64,000 nucleotides of DNA from Camelus ferus (GCF_009834535.1 NC_045696.1:102860001-102924000); one strand, 5' to 3'; counted from the stretch's first letter, positions 15,709 through 31,778 are shown. Numbers and translations are program-made. Notes: generated from the sequence alone by a model not told the origin.

Positions 15709-15984
15709 GTATACCACAAGATAAAATACATGACAGCACCTTGTAATCTCAAAGGAATACACAAAGGTCAAGTATTATTACCACTTAGCACTTAGGGAAT
15801 ACATTTTTGTATTACTTAATTGATTTAAAAATTCATATATACTTTCATTGTGCAATTAGTCCTTTAGTACAGAACTCATGTTTTACATATTCATTTCCAC
15901 AATCACAACCAACCCAAAGGCCTTGGACATTTGTTGACTTAGAGCGAAGACAGAACAACCTGAGGTAACCTGAGACAGAACACA

Positions 15985-16190
15985 GTGAACTGGAAAGAGC
16001 ATGGGATTTGCAGTCAGAAGACTAGGTTCAAATCTTAGCTTTGCCCTTACTTTAGAACTTTGGGCAATTCATTACAGTCTATGAGCCTCAGTTTTCTGAA
16101 CTATAAAATAATACATCTATATAGGTTGGCTATGACGTTCAGCTGTGATCAGGTATGTAAAAGAACCACGGACACTGCAGAAATTTTATA
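15985..16190 (+). mobile_element. MIR SINE
   Basis: ggaaagagcatggg...gtcagaagactaggttcaaatc...tgagcctcagtttt. Confidence 0.65.
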
Positions 16191-17739
16191 TACATAGAAT
16201 CTTACATGTAAAAAGACAACAATGATTATTACACCATAATACCTCTTTTATATAGAATCATCAGAGACTTACTTGGTAACCTTATTGTCTGGGTAACTGA
16301 AGCTTATGCCTTTAAGTGTTTAATTTTGAAATTTCAACTATTCTGATGTAAGTTTTCTGCTTCAGAAGTACTATATATATTCTTCCTTCTTCTAAAACAA
16401 TACATACTGAATATAATTTAACTTTCCCTTACTGCCTCTGGGCCATTGTTATAAACATCAGTTACCACTCTCACATACGGCTCCCTTAGAGATTATCAGG
16501 CATGTAATGCTGCTGACGTCTTTATTAAGCAGAGTCAGAGGTCCTGTGCCTCATTTCGTTCCACCACAGCACTTATGCCCCTTCTGTTGCCCCTCTCGTT
16601 CTCTATGGATTAGAAAACTAACTAAGTTTATTGATGTGGAATCTAAAATGAGAAAAAATAGACTTTGAAGAAGGTCTCCAGACATACTCCTATGACTAAA
16701 GTTCATAAATGGTAAACTTCATGGCATCTACTCTGGCTGCTCAGAGGTATTTTTTACTTCCTGGCTCTTGGTGGTGTTCTGTGTAACTGAAATGTCTGAG
16801 AAAGCAGTTTCTTTTTCTACTCTAAATATGTATACATAGAGACAGTGCCATATGTTGTAATACATATATGTATATTATTATCTGTATAAAGAAATGTACA
16901 TAGGACTAACCTACTTATTTTTTTAAAAAATCTGTGAGTGCTCCCTGGTGCCACTCAAAAAAAAAAAAGTCTCATTAATTTAAAGCTACAACAATCACAC
17001 TATTTGAAAGAAAAAAAAAAAAGAGAGCCAGAATTCATGTGCTAAGTCCCATAAGCAAACCAAAAAGGAAAGAAAATTATATTATTAAATTTCCTTCAGA
17101 ATCTCTTGATTGAATTCTTTCGAGACCTATACACATGCCTGCTTTTTCACCTGAATGATATGAAGACAAACAGAAAGGTCAGTATTTTCCAGTTTAAAAA
17201 AATTCATTCACCTTTAATTATAAGCAAACACTAAATTTCAGACAAAAAGGAAAATTTAATTTAATAAAACTTAACAGGAGAAAACAAAGTCAAACTGAAA
17301 ATTGCTTTGTGAGTGAGGAACATTTTGTTCTTATGCCTATAAATCATATGGGCTACAGAAATACCTGTTCTCCCGACACTTCCAGAATACTTGTACTACT
17401 TTTTGATATATATGACAAATAAGTAATAAGTAATAAAAACAAAGTCATCTTTAGTTATGATAATTTACCACTGTTGGATATTTTAAAATATATAAGGGGG
17501 AGGAAATAAAAGTTGGGAGAAAAAGATAAATCAAGTCAAAATATTATAAAAAAAAAGTTTTTTGAGGTTGTTTTAAAAACTTTTAGTGGCTTTCACAAAT
17601 ACAAGGTGACAGAAAGAGAGAAAAAATAGATAGGAAGAGAAGAAGAAAAAAAGGGAGGGAGGGAAGGCAGGAGGGAAGTAGAAAGAAGAAAACAAGGCAT
17701 ATGTAACAGTACTTAGAAGCTACTGGATAAGATTATCTA

Positions 17740-17928
<189 letters not shown>

Positions 17929-19199
17929 TTAATATCCATGACATATTAAATAAGAACATCTGTAAAGAAAATTTAGCTTGTTGATTTAAAAGATTAAAAA
18001 ATCTAAACTCAATTTTGTATATGGAAATGTGCAAAGAAAATGTGAACATTTCCTTGCTGAAAAACTTACATCCTGATAAAATAATATGTATATTGGCTGC
18101 AAACATAAAAAGTAGAAAAAATTTAAATATGCAGTTTAAAATAAAATTTGTTTAAAATTCATAACTGATTGATTATAAGGAAAGTTTTGGGAGACATTTA
18201 AAGCAGTAAAGAATGTCCAAAAGCACAGACTAAATGCTAGAAAAATTAGAAACATAAAGGATTTAAGTTTTATACCTCAAATACATACACACATTTAATG
18301 GTTAAATGGTTAAAAATGAGATCTAGTAATAAGTGGAGGATATTATGAAGAGGTTTTACAGGGCAAAGTACACTTCGGAAAAGCAGTGTGAATATGTATA
18401 TGCTTGTAGGTATGTATAGTAAGAGGAAAAGGTGCCTGAAATTCCTCCTCTTCTCCCCACTCTCCCAACACACGCATGAACACACACACACCCATCTCAT
18501 TAGTGAAGATGTTTAGATTAAATGAGGGAATAATCAACTGACAAAACTCCAAGGCAGGATTAGGATTAACACTGGTAAAGACCAAAGACAGAATATTTCA
18601 TAGTGAAATTTGATCTGTCAGGATTATGCAGAGTAGCTTCTGGCTAACTACCCCACATCAAAACAGCTAATCCACAAAGGAAAATGAGAATAATTATGGA
18701 GGTAATCATTTTCAGAGGGCCCACAATACTCGTCTGCTAACTAGAAAATAATAAGGGGAATAAATCAAAAGATAAATATTAGAGAAAGAAAGCAAAGTGG
18801 GTTTTATTTTATTTCATCTTACTTTTTAACGTAAGAAAAATAAACCATTTTAAGTGACTTGCAAATACATTTGTTCCTTAGAAGTCTATGAATAAGAAAA
18901 AGGAAAAGAACAATCAGAGTGGAAAACAGAAGGAAAGAAATGATTTCATGACACAAAAAGAGAAAATCCTAAAACTGGACCAAATGAGTGAATAAGAAAG
19001 GTAACAGACTTTTTTGGGTTAAAATTTTAAATAAGTTTTGCTATTATTTTTAACCAATGACATTAAAGTCCCCACACATTTTGGAAGAAGATGAAAGGTA
19101 GTTTTCCTAATGGTGTATTTCCTTACTTCCCTCAAGAAGAAAACTTTTACAAATGTTAGCAACTATATATAAAAACAGACTTAAAAAAAAAAAAGCTTC

Positions 19200-19380
19200 T
19201 TCCGTATAGCACAGGGAACTATGTTCAATATTTTGTAATAATCCCTAGTGGAAAAAAAAAAAGTAAACGAATATACGCATGTATATGCATGACTGGGACA
19301 TTGTGCTGTACACCAGAGAGTGACGCATTGCAACTGACTGTACTTCAATTTAAGAAATAAAATACATTAAAAAAAGAAAA
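19200..19380 (+). mobile_element. Cetartiodactyl-type L1 3' end
   Basis: tatagcacagggaactat...tgctgtacaccaga...actgactgtacttcaat followed by an A-rich tail. Confidence 0.8.
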
Positions 19381-21741
19381 CTAGTCAAAAAGAAATATTT
19401 TCCTCATAGCACTAATTAATATTTAGATACTAATGCTCCATGACAAAAACTTATCAAGCAATTCACAAAGTGAATTTCTTAGTCACAAGTTGAAATGATA
19501 GTGAACATAGATTTGTCACTATTGGAAAATAACTTGAAAACCTTATTTCAGACGAATTTATTTCAGTATCTTAGTTGGAAGAGGATGCTACCCATAAAAA
19601 CTCCTGATGTATTTTCTTTGGTTTAATGATATATCTAGGTGAGGATTAGTTTTTTATTTATCCTGCCCGGAATTCACTAGGCTCTCTGAATCTCTTCATC
19701 AAAATGCAATATTTTCAGCCATTATCTCTTCAAATATTTCTTCATCCTATACTGTTTTTTCTCCTTTTGGAACTTCTTTAGACATCATTTTAGATCGTCC
19801 CACTCCAACTTCTGTGTCTCTAAAGATGTCTTATATTTCCTCTTTCTCACTCTCTTTCCTGCATTCTGGATAACTTTTGATTTCTCGTCCAGTCACTTAT
19901 TCCTCCTTCAACTAGTTCTGCTGATGAAGCCACTCATTAATTTTAAAAATTTTAATGACTATGTTTTGTATTTCTATAAATCTTTCTATATTTATTCTAT
20001 AAATTTATTTCCAAATCTTTTGATATATTTTCTTCTGTTTTCATTTCCTTATTTTAAGTTCTTAGTCTTTTTAAACATACTTATTTTATGGTCTCTATAT
20101 GATAATTATCTGACAGTCTTAGGGATTTAATCCTATTTATTGTGTCTACTGACTCATGATAATGGGTGGCTATCTTCTGAATTTTTAAATTGGGTACTGC
20201 AAACTCATCTTCATGCAGCTTAACTATGGGAAACTAGGTAGCCTAGTATGAAAATTTGTCCCACCAAGGATGTTGTTTGCTTTTTCCAGGTAACTTTTTC
20301 CAGGTAACAAAGATTTTGCTACCCTATGAATCATTTTTGTATTAATTTCTCAGTTTAGGTTTTCCCAGATGAAGTAGGTAGTATTAATTTAAACCCCAGG
20401 CCAACAAGAGGCAGAACCATAGTTACAAATTCATAGAGAAGTCTTATTTAAAAGCTTCTTTGTAGTCTCCCTTTGCTGATGGACAGGTTCTTTTCTCATC
20501 TACCCCTCTGCTAAAAGTGTAGTCCTTTAAGGCTCCTGGTTTCATGCTTAGATGTTGTTCCAAACTCTCACGTTGTACAAACTCAAGGCTTTGTAGCCTG
20601 TTTCCATATGGGCATTAAAATTCAAATCCCTACAATGCCCAGACCAATAACTCTTGCTCCCACACCCAGAGCAGTCAAATGTCAGCTCACACACTCCTCT
20701 GTTATCCAGTCTTTTCTTTATGTTTGAATCCGCTTCCCTCACTTTCTTGAAAGCTCAGCTGTTCATTTAAATAGATGTTTGTTATATTTTAGCTAGCATT
20801 TCTAGGTGATCTCAAGCAGAAGAGTTTTCAGATTACCTAGTTAGCCATGTTGCTAGAGACAGAAAAGTCTAAAGCACTGTATATAAATATAATTCTTATA
20901 AAATTTTATAAACTTCACATATAGCAAATGGTCAAAAACAACTGCTACATGTTTTAAAAGTTTAGTTTGCTGTTTAAAAAGTAAATGTATTGCAAATGTC
21001 AGATACAACAGCTTTAAGGTTTCAAAGACTATTTCCATTACAGACAGGGGCTATGTAAGGGGAAAAAAACTTAAAAATCAAAACCAGATAAGTTTTACCT
21101 CTAGAAATAATAAAAACTTCCACCCTGCCACAGCTGCTACACTCATGCAAAAGAAAAATTACAAACCAGTCACAGAACCTATAGGAAACCTAGAGTGGTT
21201 TCTAATCATTCCACCTAAGTTTATATTTGCAAGTCATTTAAAACAATAAGCTATATTCAGAAAGCCCAGAATAGTCTTAATATTTAGGATGAGTGTATAT
21301 GTAAGAAGAGGTTAGTAAATTTAAAATATATAACAAGAAGCGATAGAGTAAGGATTACAGTGCCTTCTTACGTCACGCATACATATACATTTTAAAAATT
21401 TTATACTAAAGTTGCTTTTAAGAGTTACATACACTTTTCATCTTTTAGAATATAACATATAGAAGGAAATGTAACATAATTCATTTACATTTTTAGCTCA
21501 ATGGTTGTTTTTTTCCAGTGAAGGAAAAAAAAACTTTTTATTTTGAGAAGAAACTTTTTCAATCAATTCCACCAGTATACAAATTCAACAGCAAGACTTC
21601 TCAGCTCCCGCTCTCCAAAATATTTCCCATATTTATCCACTTTATCCACTGCATACTGCTACCCCCAGTACAAGACACCATCATCTCTCTCCTGGACTCT
21701 GCGTTAACCTCTCTACTTTTATACCTGCCTACATTCTAGTA

Positions 21742-22071
21742 CAGGGGTCAAAAACCTTTTTCTATAAAGGGCCACATAGTGAAAATTTAGGCTTTGTGGG
21801 CCATACAATCCCAGTTGCAAATATTCAAATCTGCTCTGGCAGCACAAAAGTGGCCATGGACCATACGTACACAATAAGCTCCAATGTGTTCCAATAAAAC
21901 CTTATTTATGGACGCTCAAGTTTGAATTTCATATAATGTTCACACGTTACAAAATATTCTTCTTCTTTTGATTTATTCCCATTAGAAATGTAAAATCCAT
22001 TCTTAGCCTACAGGCCTTACAAAAACAAGTGGTGGGTGGATTTGGCCTGTGGACCAGTTTCCCCACCCCTG
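21742..22071. mobile_element. MER58B-like hAT-Charlie element
   Basis: caggggtc...aaagggccacatagt...ttccaataaaaccttatttatggac...ggatttggcctgtggaccagtttccccacccctg, with CAGGGGT/ACCCCTG termini. Confidence 0.82.
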
Positions 22072-22291
22072 CTCCGACACCATGCCTTTAGTCTACTCTC
22101 CACCCAGCAGCCAGAGTGATCATTTTAAAATTAAAATCGTATCAGGTTTTCAATCCTCGAGATTTTTAATTACACTTTAAATGCCAAAATCTTCCCTGTG
22201 GCTTACTGAGCCCTATGGGATCTTGGCCCTGCTACCATTCTGAATTTACCTTGTTGCCACTCTCCCACTCACCCACTGTGATCTTTCTAAA

Positions 22292-23870
22292 CCAATGTTT
22301 TCCAAACTGCAGGTTGCAACCCATTAGCAGTCATGAAATCAATGTAGCGAGTCCTAACGAGCAATTTTTTTAAATGAAATAGTACATAAAAATACCAGCG
22401 TAATCTTATGGATTCCTAGCAACAAATTCACGCTGGCCAACTGTGATAAACCCTTGAGAAATACAGTGGAAAATTGTTATAGTATCGATGAAGAACTGGT
22501 GATTCCACCTTTTCTACAATGGCATCTCATTTTATTTTCTGGCATATGATGGTAAATTTCAACACCACTGAAATGGGAGCATTAATATTGATCAGTTTAA
22601 TTTTATAGTAACTAAATTTTCAGTTAGTTATGAAGCATGGAAGAATTTATCTGTCAGAAAAGTTTTTCAAATCAAGTTTCTATAACAAAACTTTTTGCTG
22701 TGGGAACTGCAACATTCTAATTGAACTATTACTAAAGACACTTAAAACAGAAGATTTTATTATTAAGAGGAAAAAGAATTACGAAGTAAAAAAATACAAA
22801 GATATGATCAAATTCCAGTTGTTGGATATGGAAATATAAATAGTGACAGTATTGATTAAAATGTTTACAGCAAACTTCAAATTAGTTTGAACCAAATTCT
22901 AAAAAGAAAAAAAAAATACATACAAGATTTTCAGAGTGCAGATGATTTAAAATGTAGTTTACCAAATGTGCAAAACCCAGCATTTATCATAGACCCCAAT
23001 GTATTTGTAATCATATTACTGTGAATGAAATCTTCAAAATTAAAGAGTTGGAAACATGGTATGCTGAATATTTTTGGAAAAAGATAATTATTACCATAAT
23101 TGTCCATTAATGAAGACTATTAATGATAATAAATATCACCTGGCAAAAGAGCAAAGACATTGTTGCTGCAGGAAAAAAATTATACTTACAGCGTAGAAGG
23201 TAATGCTGATTTTTTAATAGTTACTTAGTTTATAAATTAAAAATTAACATATTCTTGAGTCTCTTAGAAGCAATGTTTATTTTGTAATTAGAGTCTGGTA
23301 AATGACTTGCAGTCCAATGCACAGTGATGTTACAAGTTGTATAAAACTTTAGTTAATATTAGGTATGCAGCAATAGAGTTTCATAAAGAATTTGTTGTGT
23401 TGCTTAAATTTAAACTCATATACATTTAAATTATAAATATTTATAAAGCTGAAAAAATACACTATCGATCAACACAAATGAAGCTACAAAATTATAAAAG
23501 GATTAGTGATGGAGCAAAAATATGACCAGAAAATAAACATGAGGTTTTTTTTTTAATTAACAGAACCTATTGATAACAGTGCTGATCATCATTTTATAGA
23601 TCACTAAGTTTTGGCATCTAAAGAAATTCCACTGAATCTCATAACTAAATTGATATAGTACTGGAATTCTTTTAGTTCTGATAATTCGTGTAGGCTCCTA
23701 AAAGTCACTACTTTCACCTCTCAGCGATAGCTTTTGAACTCTACATATAAACTACTATTCTGAGATCTTAAACTTCTCAGTGTCATTAAATTTGGTGGTG
23801 TCAGTTATGAAGAAGATATTTATAACACTGGCAGCATGGAAGAAGAGGAATTTTCTTAAGTTGCAACAAT
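22292..23870 (+). mobile_element. Fossil Charlie/Buster-type hAT transposon with decayed transposase
   Basis: TIR-like start ccaatgttttccaaactgcaggttgcaacccattag. Translated fragments KRKK...KCSFT...RPQCIC (BED-finger region) and SDGA...(MTG)-like, with many stops and frameshifts. Confidence 0.6.
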
Positions 23871-24881
23871 ACCCACACAATACAAATTAATCTTTTAACA
23901 CCCTTTCCCAAAGTTTATAATATACTAGGTAAAAGGGTTTGGCTTGGCTTACGTTTTTTAACTGCTCAGAATCAAAGACTGTATATTAAGAATATCCTAT
24001 GTTCCAAGTCACAAATAGGCGATTAAAATTAAATTGATCATTTGTTTCTTCCCTTGAGACAGATCTGTTAGGTACAAATATACTTTTTTTCCCCTTACTG
24101 CTCCTCACAAGAGCACAAGAGAGCATTTCCAACACAGAAGAATCTACAAAGGACAGGGATGTAGTCAGTTACTTTTTGATAAAGCAACTTTCCAAGAGCC
24201 TTAACAAAATTAGCTTGATAAATATATCTGGATGATGACTTACAGAAAAGAGCAGCAAATTAAAAATGAAATAAAGAAGCATACCTGTGGGATCACTACA
24301 AAGAAATGCCAGTATTATAGTACTATGAAGCAGAGAGCTACTCAATAATAAGTCTGTTATAAACTATCCAACAAGATTTTGACGAGTTAAGTCTTTTTTG
24401 TTAAAATAACTGTGAACCGTACACTATGGCTCCACTGGTGATTTGACAACTGTCCTGTACAAAATACTTAAATGCTATGCCTAATGACAATTTGTGAGCT
24501 GTCTGTAGAATTTCATCTATAGCACCCTTCTTACCTCTCCTTTCTGCAAAATTTTCTTCCCTCCACAGCACCTCTTTACATTAGGTCCCCCTTGTCAACA
24601 TAAAACTTCTCGGTAGTACCCAGTTTTCTGCACTTTTTCTTCCCACTGCCATCCTCTTCAACCACGCATGTCAGAAATTTCTTTTCAAATAGTTTTTTTA
24701 AAAGTTTCATTAAATGTATTAAGTAAGATGTTTTAAAACAGCAGCTTAATATTACTTCTCCCAGAAATGTTGCCCATTTTAAAAGCATGCTTAGCCAAAG
24801 GTATGCAAATTTTAAGTGGGAATTCAGGCATCAAAGCAACCTCCATACAATGCAGCAAATCAAACCACAAAGGTGACACAA

Positions 24882-24919
24882 GACTATTATTAGACTGAGG
24901 TGACTATTATTAGACTGAG
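24882..24919. repeat. 20-bp-period tandem duplication (gactattattagactgag twice)
   Basis: Read directly. Confidence 0.9.
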
Positions 24920-26099
24920 TCCAAGAATAAAGGTGAAATTCTGCTCTCTCCAACCCTCCCCTGACCCCATGCTGAAATTTCAAGAAGGTCCTCCTGACTT
25001 AGTAATTGCAAGTCCAATTTCCTGAAAATGCTCTTCAAGGGAAGTTGGCAGGGACTAAATCCAGACTGAATCCTTTCATCATTTCCTTTTTCTGCACAAG
25101 AACTGATGACTGATCATCAGCAAATTAAAGGGTTTATACTAAAGCTACCATCTACTCAATAGTTACTTTAAAAGAGGTGAATTAACGTAAACTATATTTA
25201 GCTTAGATGCTCCCAAAACAAACATATTAATTCCTTCTCCAGCCAGTAGAGCTGAAGTAAACCACTGGCTCCCGCAAATAAAAGTGGTTCATTACCACAC
25301 TAACTCTCAATGAGAAAGGAAAAAGACATGGGTGGTAAGAATAACGGCTTAATATTTCATAAAACAACACACTTACAGCTGCTTTTGTTTCCATTAACCT
25401 TTACCTCTGAATTCCAGCATTCCATGCCTAAAAAGAATACAAGTGTACTTTTCGAGAATTTTACTTGGCCGGGGAGTGGCGGGGCAGACAACTTTATGTA
25501 ACTGCACAGGAAACTTCGATTCACTTTTTCTTGTAAATTTTATAGAAAGAAAAGAACCAATATTACCTTTGAGATGATTCTGGCCCACTTTCAAGATCAG
25601 TAACAGCCACTATTACGTGGCCACTAAGTGAATTAGCACTTGCCTAGCTCTACTGAACTAATTTACATAAAATCCAGCTATACAAACAATAAGATCAAAC
25701 TATAAAATCTTTTTCTTTCTTACTTTTTTTCTTTACTCCTTAATCTGGGCATACCTTTCAAAAGGCCACTCATCCACTAGGAAACACATAACCACCCCAT
25801 CTCCACAATTTTTGCTTTAGGAATTCTCCCTAAGTGGAATGTATTATGAACATTTTACACTTGTAGAGTAAAACTGCTTAATGAAAAAGGATGAGAAACA
25901 TAGATGTTCTAGAGTGGATTTTCTCTGGTGCTATTAAAGCTTTTTACTTTTATTGGATAAATATAATTCACAGAAACCATGATTAATAAAGCATACATAG
26001 AGAGCAAGTTTAATTTCCAACTAGTAAGTCCAAATATGGATGTCTTTTCTAGCACAAATGATATTCATCCATTCAACTACAACTAGTTCAATATAACAT

Positions 26100-26325
26100 A
26101 TCAGTTAAGAGCACAGGCTGAAAATAGATCCCAGTTCTACTACTTCCTAACTAATGTAACTTTGGCCAGAGTAATTCTAAAATTTTGCTAAGTCTCACTT
26201 TCCTCATTTGTAAAATGGGGATAACAACAAATCTGGCTCATGGGGTTGTGAGGATTAAATGAAGTCATCTATGAAATGCCATATGCACTCTACCCCAAAA
26301 GTTGTTTCAGTAAATGTTTGCCATT
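26100..26325 (+). mobile_element. MIR SINE
   Basis: gttaagagcacaggct...tctcactttcctcatttgtaaaatggggataa...gttgtgaggattaaatga. Confidence 0.7.
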
Positions 26326-28410
26326 TGATTTGATGAAAGCTCCAAAGTAATAATGGAAACTATAGCTACTTCAGGAAACTTCTCACTTTTAGATTTGGTT
26401 TGGGTAACACTAAAAAAGTTTTTAAAATTTTAGTGAATATAAACATGCAAACAAAAAAACCCTGTTATAACTCAAAGTTATTTTCTCAGTGTAAATATAT
26501 GCTATAAGTATGTGTAAGAAATAAGCAATTTTTCCAAATCTAACCCAAGAACTCATTTCAGCACACCTGAAAAGGAAAATATCTATTTAATCTCACTCAT
26601 GAGAAAAAATTTTAATTTAAATGGGGGAGAAAAAGCATGCATATTTATTTTTCACCTCACCCCCAAACGCCAAATCTCTCCAAGGATCTTAACGATGTTA
26701 TAAAAGGGAAACTGAACTGACAAAGAATACCAAGCTATTTCACCTGGCACTACTGGAAGGGCTACAAAACTGTCAAACATATTAAAACTTTTTTGAGATA
26801 TGTCATGCAATAATCCTAAATACACACACCATACAAGTTCTTACTCCACCATGTTCCATTACAACATTGCTCTGTCCTAAGTTTGGCAGGAATATTAAAT
26901 GGACTCTTTTGACATACTTTGTTTGCTTTAAAATAACCATAGCTCAGTAAGCTGGGGGTAGATGTAGCTGTCAGTTACTAATTCTAGTACAGCAATCTTT
27001 TCCCTTTCCCTTTAAGAGAATTTTTGAAGGAAGAGAACTCAGACTATCTCTTCCAGTAATACTAAATAATGTTACATCATCCACAGGTAATGATTTTTGT
27101 GAGGTTATAGACATACATTCCATGCTTAAATTTCCAAGACTATTTGAAGTTGTGTCCATAGAAGTTATGGACTTTCTAAAATGCTTTCATAATATGATTT
27201 AATACTATTACATAAGATCATAAAAGTGACTCAGGATAGACACAGATGGACTTTGTTTATGTATCAATGTGTTTTCAAAAAGTTGTGTAAATAAAATCTT
27301 ATTTCAAAAGCAGAGAGGTTAGGGAGGCTGTCCTCATAAATGCAAACAAACAAAAAATCCTCTGTAGTTAATCTTTTCACAGTGTAAGTTACCCATTGGG
27401 TTAGTATTTTTGAAGTTTGCATGACCCTAAACATTCTTCCTAAGTGAGCGTGGCCACTGTAAGGCAAGATGAATAAATTTACAAAGAGAAAATTTACGGC
27501 ACTTTTTTACATGTAGGAAATAAAAGCAGTCTCAGGGCAATCAATTTCCCACTTTTTAAAATCACATTCGTCAACAGAAGGCATGCATAAATGAAGAGAC
27601 TTTATTATGGCCTTTATAAAAGTGATCGATTTCTAGATTTTTTTTAAAAAAAAGAAAACACATTAAATATATTCCACATTTCTGCCCTGTAATTATTTTG
27701 CACTACCTTTATTTCCCAAAGAAGGATGAGGAGCAACAAACTTTCCTCTCCAATAAAAAGCACGAACAAAGTTGTTCCGTAAATTTGGAGAAACTTTGGG
27801 ACTACGGCAGAATTTCTCCATAAAGTCCTGTCTTATTTGTCCACCTAGGAAACTGATATACCTAATCCCACACAAAGGTCACTGAACACCAAGGCACTGG
27901 GTGGCTGGTGCTAAATACTACAACTAAGGTTTTAAAACGGATAACAAAAACCAGCTGAGAGCCCATAAACAGGAGGTATCTTAAGCAAAGTCTAGGGATT
28001 TTTGGACTGTAAGGTCCGAAACTAGACAAACCCTCTGGGCTTGCAGAAAGAAAGAACTGAAGCTCCGAGTGGGGGATACCAGGTCATTCAGGTGGTCAGT
28101 AGCGGAGGTGAGGCTAAAACCTTCGGTTCCGGGCCCCCACGACGCTATCCGAACACCAGACCCCACGAAGGGAGGCCACAGCCAGAGCCACCACCCTAGG
28201 TGCAATGCTTGGAGGGTTGCACCCGCGGCTACTCCCGCCTGTCAACTCCGCACACACAGGGCAGAGGCGGTGCCGGGCCGCCCAGGAGATGCAGTGGGCG
28301 CGGCGGGAACAGATGCTGGGCGCGTGAGGAAGAGCGAGTGCCCCGAGCTGAGGTTGGGGAGAGGATGGGAGTGGAGGGCAGGAGCGTCCAAAAGCGGAGA
28401 AAGGGGCCTA

Positions 28411-29058
<648 letters not shown>

Positions 29059-29080
29059 CTAGAGATGTTCGCGGTTTTCC

Positions 29081-29178
29081 TCACGTCATCTTCCGCTCGG
29101 AGGACCGCGACGACAACGGGGCGGGCTCGTTGGTGGGCGGAGCTTGCGGCGAGGCGGGGTTTACGAGTGCCCCGCCCC
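29081..29178 (-). promoter_or_regulatory. TRPC1: TATA-less proximal promoter motif cluster: CRE/ATF-like TGACGTGA (29081-29088), ETS-like CGGAAG (29090-29095) and four GC boxes (about 29118, 29135, 29152, 29170)
   Basis: Motifs read directly (tcacgtca, cttccg, ggggcgggc, tgggcggag, aggcgggg, ccccgcccc). Function is inferred from position. Confidence 0.55.
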
Positions 29179-31778
29179 CTGCTCCTGACTAGCCGGCCGC
29201 TTTCTGGAAGCCTTCCAGCTGCCGAGGAAAAGGCGAACGACCGGGTGCACTCTGTCCACACCCAGATGCGAGTTTGAGGTAGTTTCCCCGCGGTCTCCTA
29301 CTGCACATAACTAAACATCATGCGATGTGTTTCACCGAGCCTCTGACGACTTAAGGTGTAGTCGAAACCCCCTGTGGAATTGTCAAATTATTGCGTACTC
29401 CTTTGTCCTCTCCCTAGAGCAGAAAGGACAGGGCCCTCGCCAGTCCGCCACACCTGTGTTGTTTGTGTGTACTTCTGTTGGGTTAGCTACCCTCGTTTCT
29501 AAACTGTGTTTTTCGAAAACTCGTTTGTAATATAAAATTTGCGTAACATTTCTGAGGTCATCCATTGGATGAGCACATCATTCGGATCTACTCTACATCA
29601 GTCCTTCCAGTGGTTTCTTGTTCATCTGAACACAAGTCAGATTTTAAGATAAGTGTTATTTAAGCAAAAGCTAACTGAAATGCAATAAATGTTACTTCCT
29701 TGAATTTTTTTAAATCAGGCTTTTATTTAAAGCAGATTCTTGCACCTATAAAAGCTGGGGGAGGAGGACTGGCAATTGGATCTCGAATTTTATTGCTTTC
29801 CACAGCCAACTACAAAAATCTAAATTGTGCCCTTAGTGCTTTAGGTTTTTAAGACGATGCATATATTTACTTAAGAGTATCGTATATTTGAGAGAAATAC
29901 GTCCTATTCTGTTCGGGTTGATTTGTTCCATCCCTGCCAACATTAACTCCCAAAGTTCCTAAATATATCCTCATCATCATAGTCCACTTTGGATCTTCTC
30001 TAAGAGTCTTTAAGTAGACAGGATTGCCCACCTTTCCAAACATTTTCATGTGTTTATTTCAAAATAGTTACCTATTAAATGTTAGCTTTTTCTTTCTTCC
30101 TAGTAGATCATAAACCTGCCCCATTCTCTAATATAGTTCTAAGTTTGTGTATTTGGTGGAATGTCAAAATTGCTCATTGTAAATCTGTGGCCAGTGAACA
30201 CAGTGGTACATATTTGGGTTTGTTTCTGTGTGTGTGCTTGTATACACTTTGTAGTGCAGTAAAATTTTTATTCAGTAGCAGAACAACTCTAACCCTGACC
30301 CACCCAAGAGGTCCAGAGTGTTTAAGGGTAAAAGTTCAGATGGCTCAGAATTATAGAAACCACTTTCATCTGAAGTTTTTTTAAAGCTTCGGGATTTAGG
30401 TGGTTCCTTATCCATAGGACTCCCACAGGTGCAGGATTGATTTCTTAGATTCAGGAGAATTCCAATCTACTTCAGTAGATAATCCTAGGAGGCATTCCAA
30501 AGTATTAGAGGGCTCTTCCTCTTGCAAAAGAAGTTAGTGATACTGCTGTATCCTGTTCTTCAGTCTTTTTTGAATCATCTCAGATGCAGAATATTCTCTC
30601 TTGCCTCTCTGGCACATTTTTATCCAGCATAAATTGGGGTATTTTAACATCCCCTATATGATTTGTTCATTTTCCCTCTGTGAAATGGAGACTAATGAGT
30701 TATCATGAACAATGGCATGCAAGATTCAGAAGCAGCACATTACTCAAAGCAGGTCACCAAACCTCAGATATTAACTAAATAGAAGAGCCATCACAACTCC
30801 AGTTGGATAAGTGAAAATCCAGATTCAGATCTAGTCCTAAAAATAATAGATCCTATCTTCATCTCCAGACTCTCTCCCTCACTACTCTTAGGCCACATTT
30901 GCCTATTTCTTTTCCTAAAATGTCTGCAAGACACTTCCTGCCTCAGAGCTTTTGCACTCGTTCCTTCTACAGAACAAGTTATCGCCTGGTTCCTTGACCT
31001 CATTCATATCTCAGTCCGAATATCATACCCTTAGGGAGACCTTCCCTTCCCAAACTAAAATCATCTTCACCCCAATTCCAAAGTCAGTCTCCATCACATT
31101 ACCTTGTTTTATTTTTCCTATTGCATTTATCACCATCTAAAATTTCTATTTGTTTACCGTCTTTCTCTACTAGGATTAAAGATTCATGTGGTCAGGGAAC
31201 TCTGTCTACATTTTTCTCAGCTGAATCCCTTGTGTCTAGCATCATACCTGGATCATAACAAATTTATTGATGAATTAATTGATTTACTCAAATTATTTCA
31301 TCATAGATTAAATTTATAGTAATCATGCAGTTGGTCTTTCCTAAAATTCTTTATATTAAAGAACCACAAAACCACCTTCACTACTTCACGAAAAAACCTG
31401 ATACAAATTTTTATTTTACTCATTAATTTAGGAATTTTTCTCTTTTCTGGAAAATAAGTTTCTGATAGGTTAATTTTCAAGGTTACATATTTTTCTTTAA
31501 ATGAAATAAATACTGACACATTTGTGTATACATGGGATTTTTATTAAATATATTTTGTGAGAAAAAGAACACTCTAAAGTGCCAGATTTCATGTAAATCA
31601 GATAATTTAGTGAATGTTATGGTGAAAAAATCAAAAGGGGAAACATGAATAAATAATCTCACAAAAAAGAGCAAGAACATATCTTAATCTTCATATAAGA
31701 AAACAATCATCAAAATATAAAAGGAAAGGAAATTTCTTTTGTAGAAGAATATATTTCAAAGTTCCATCTGTTGATGAT

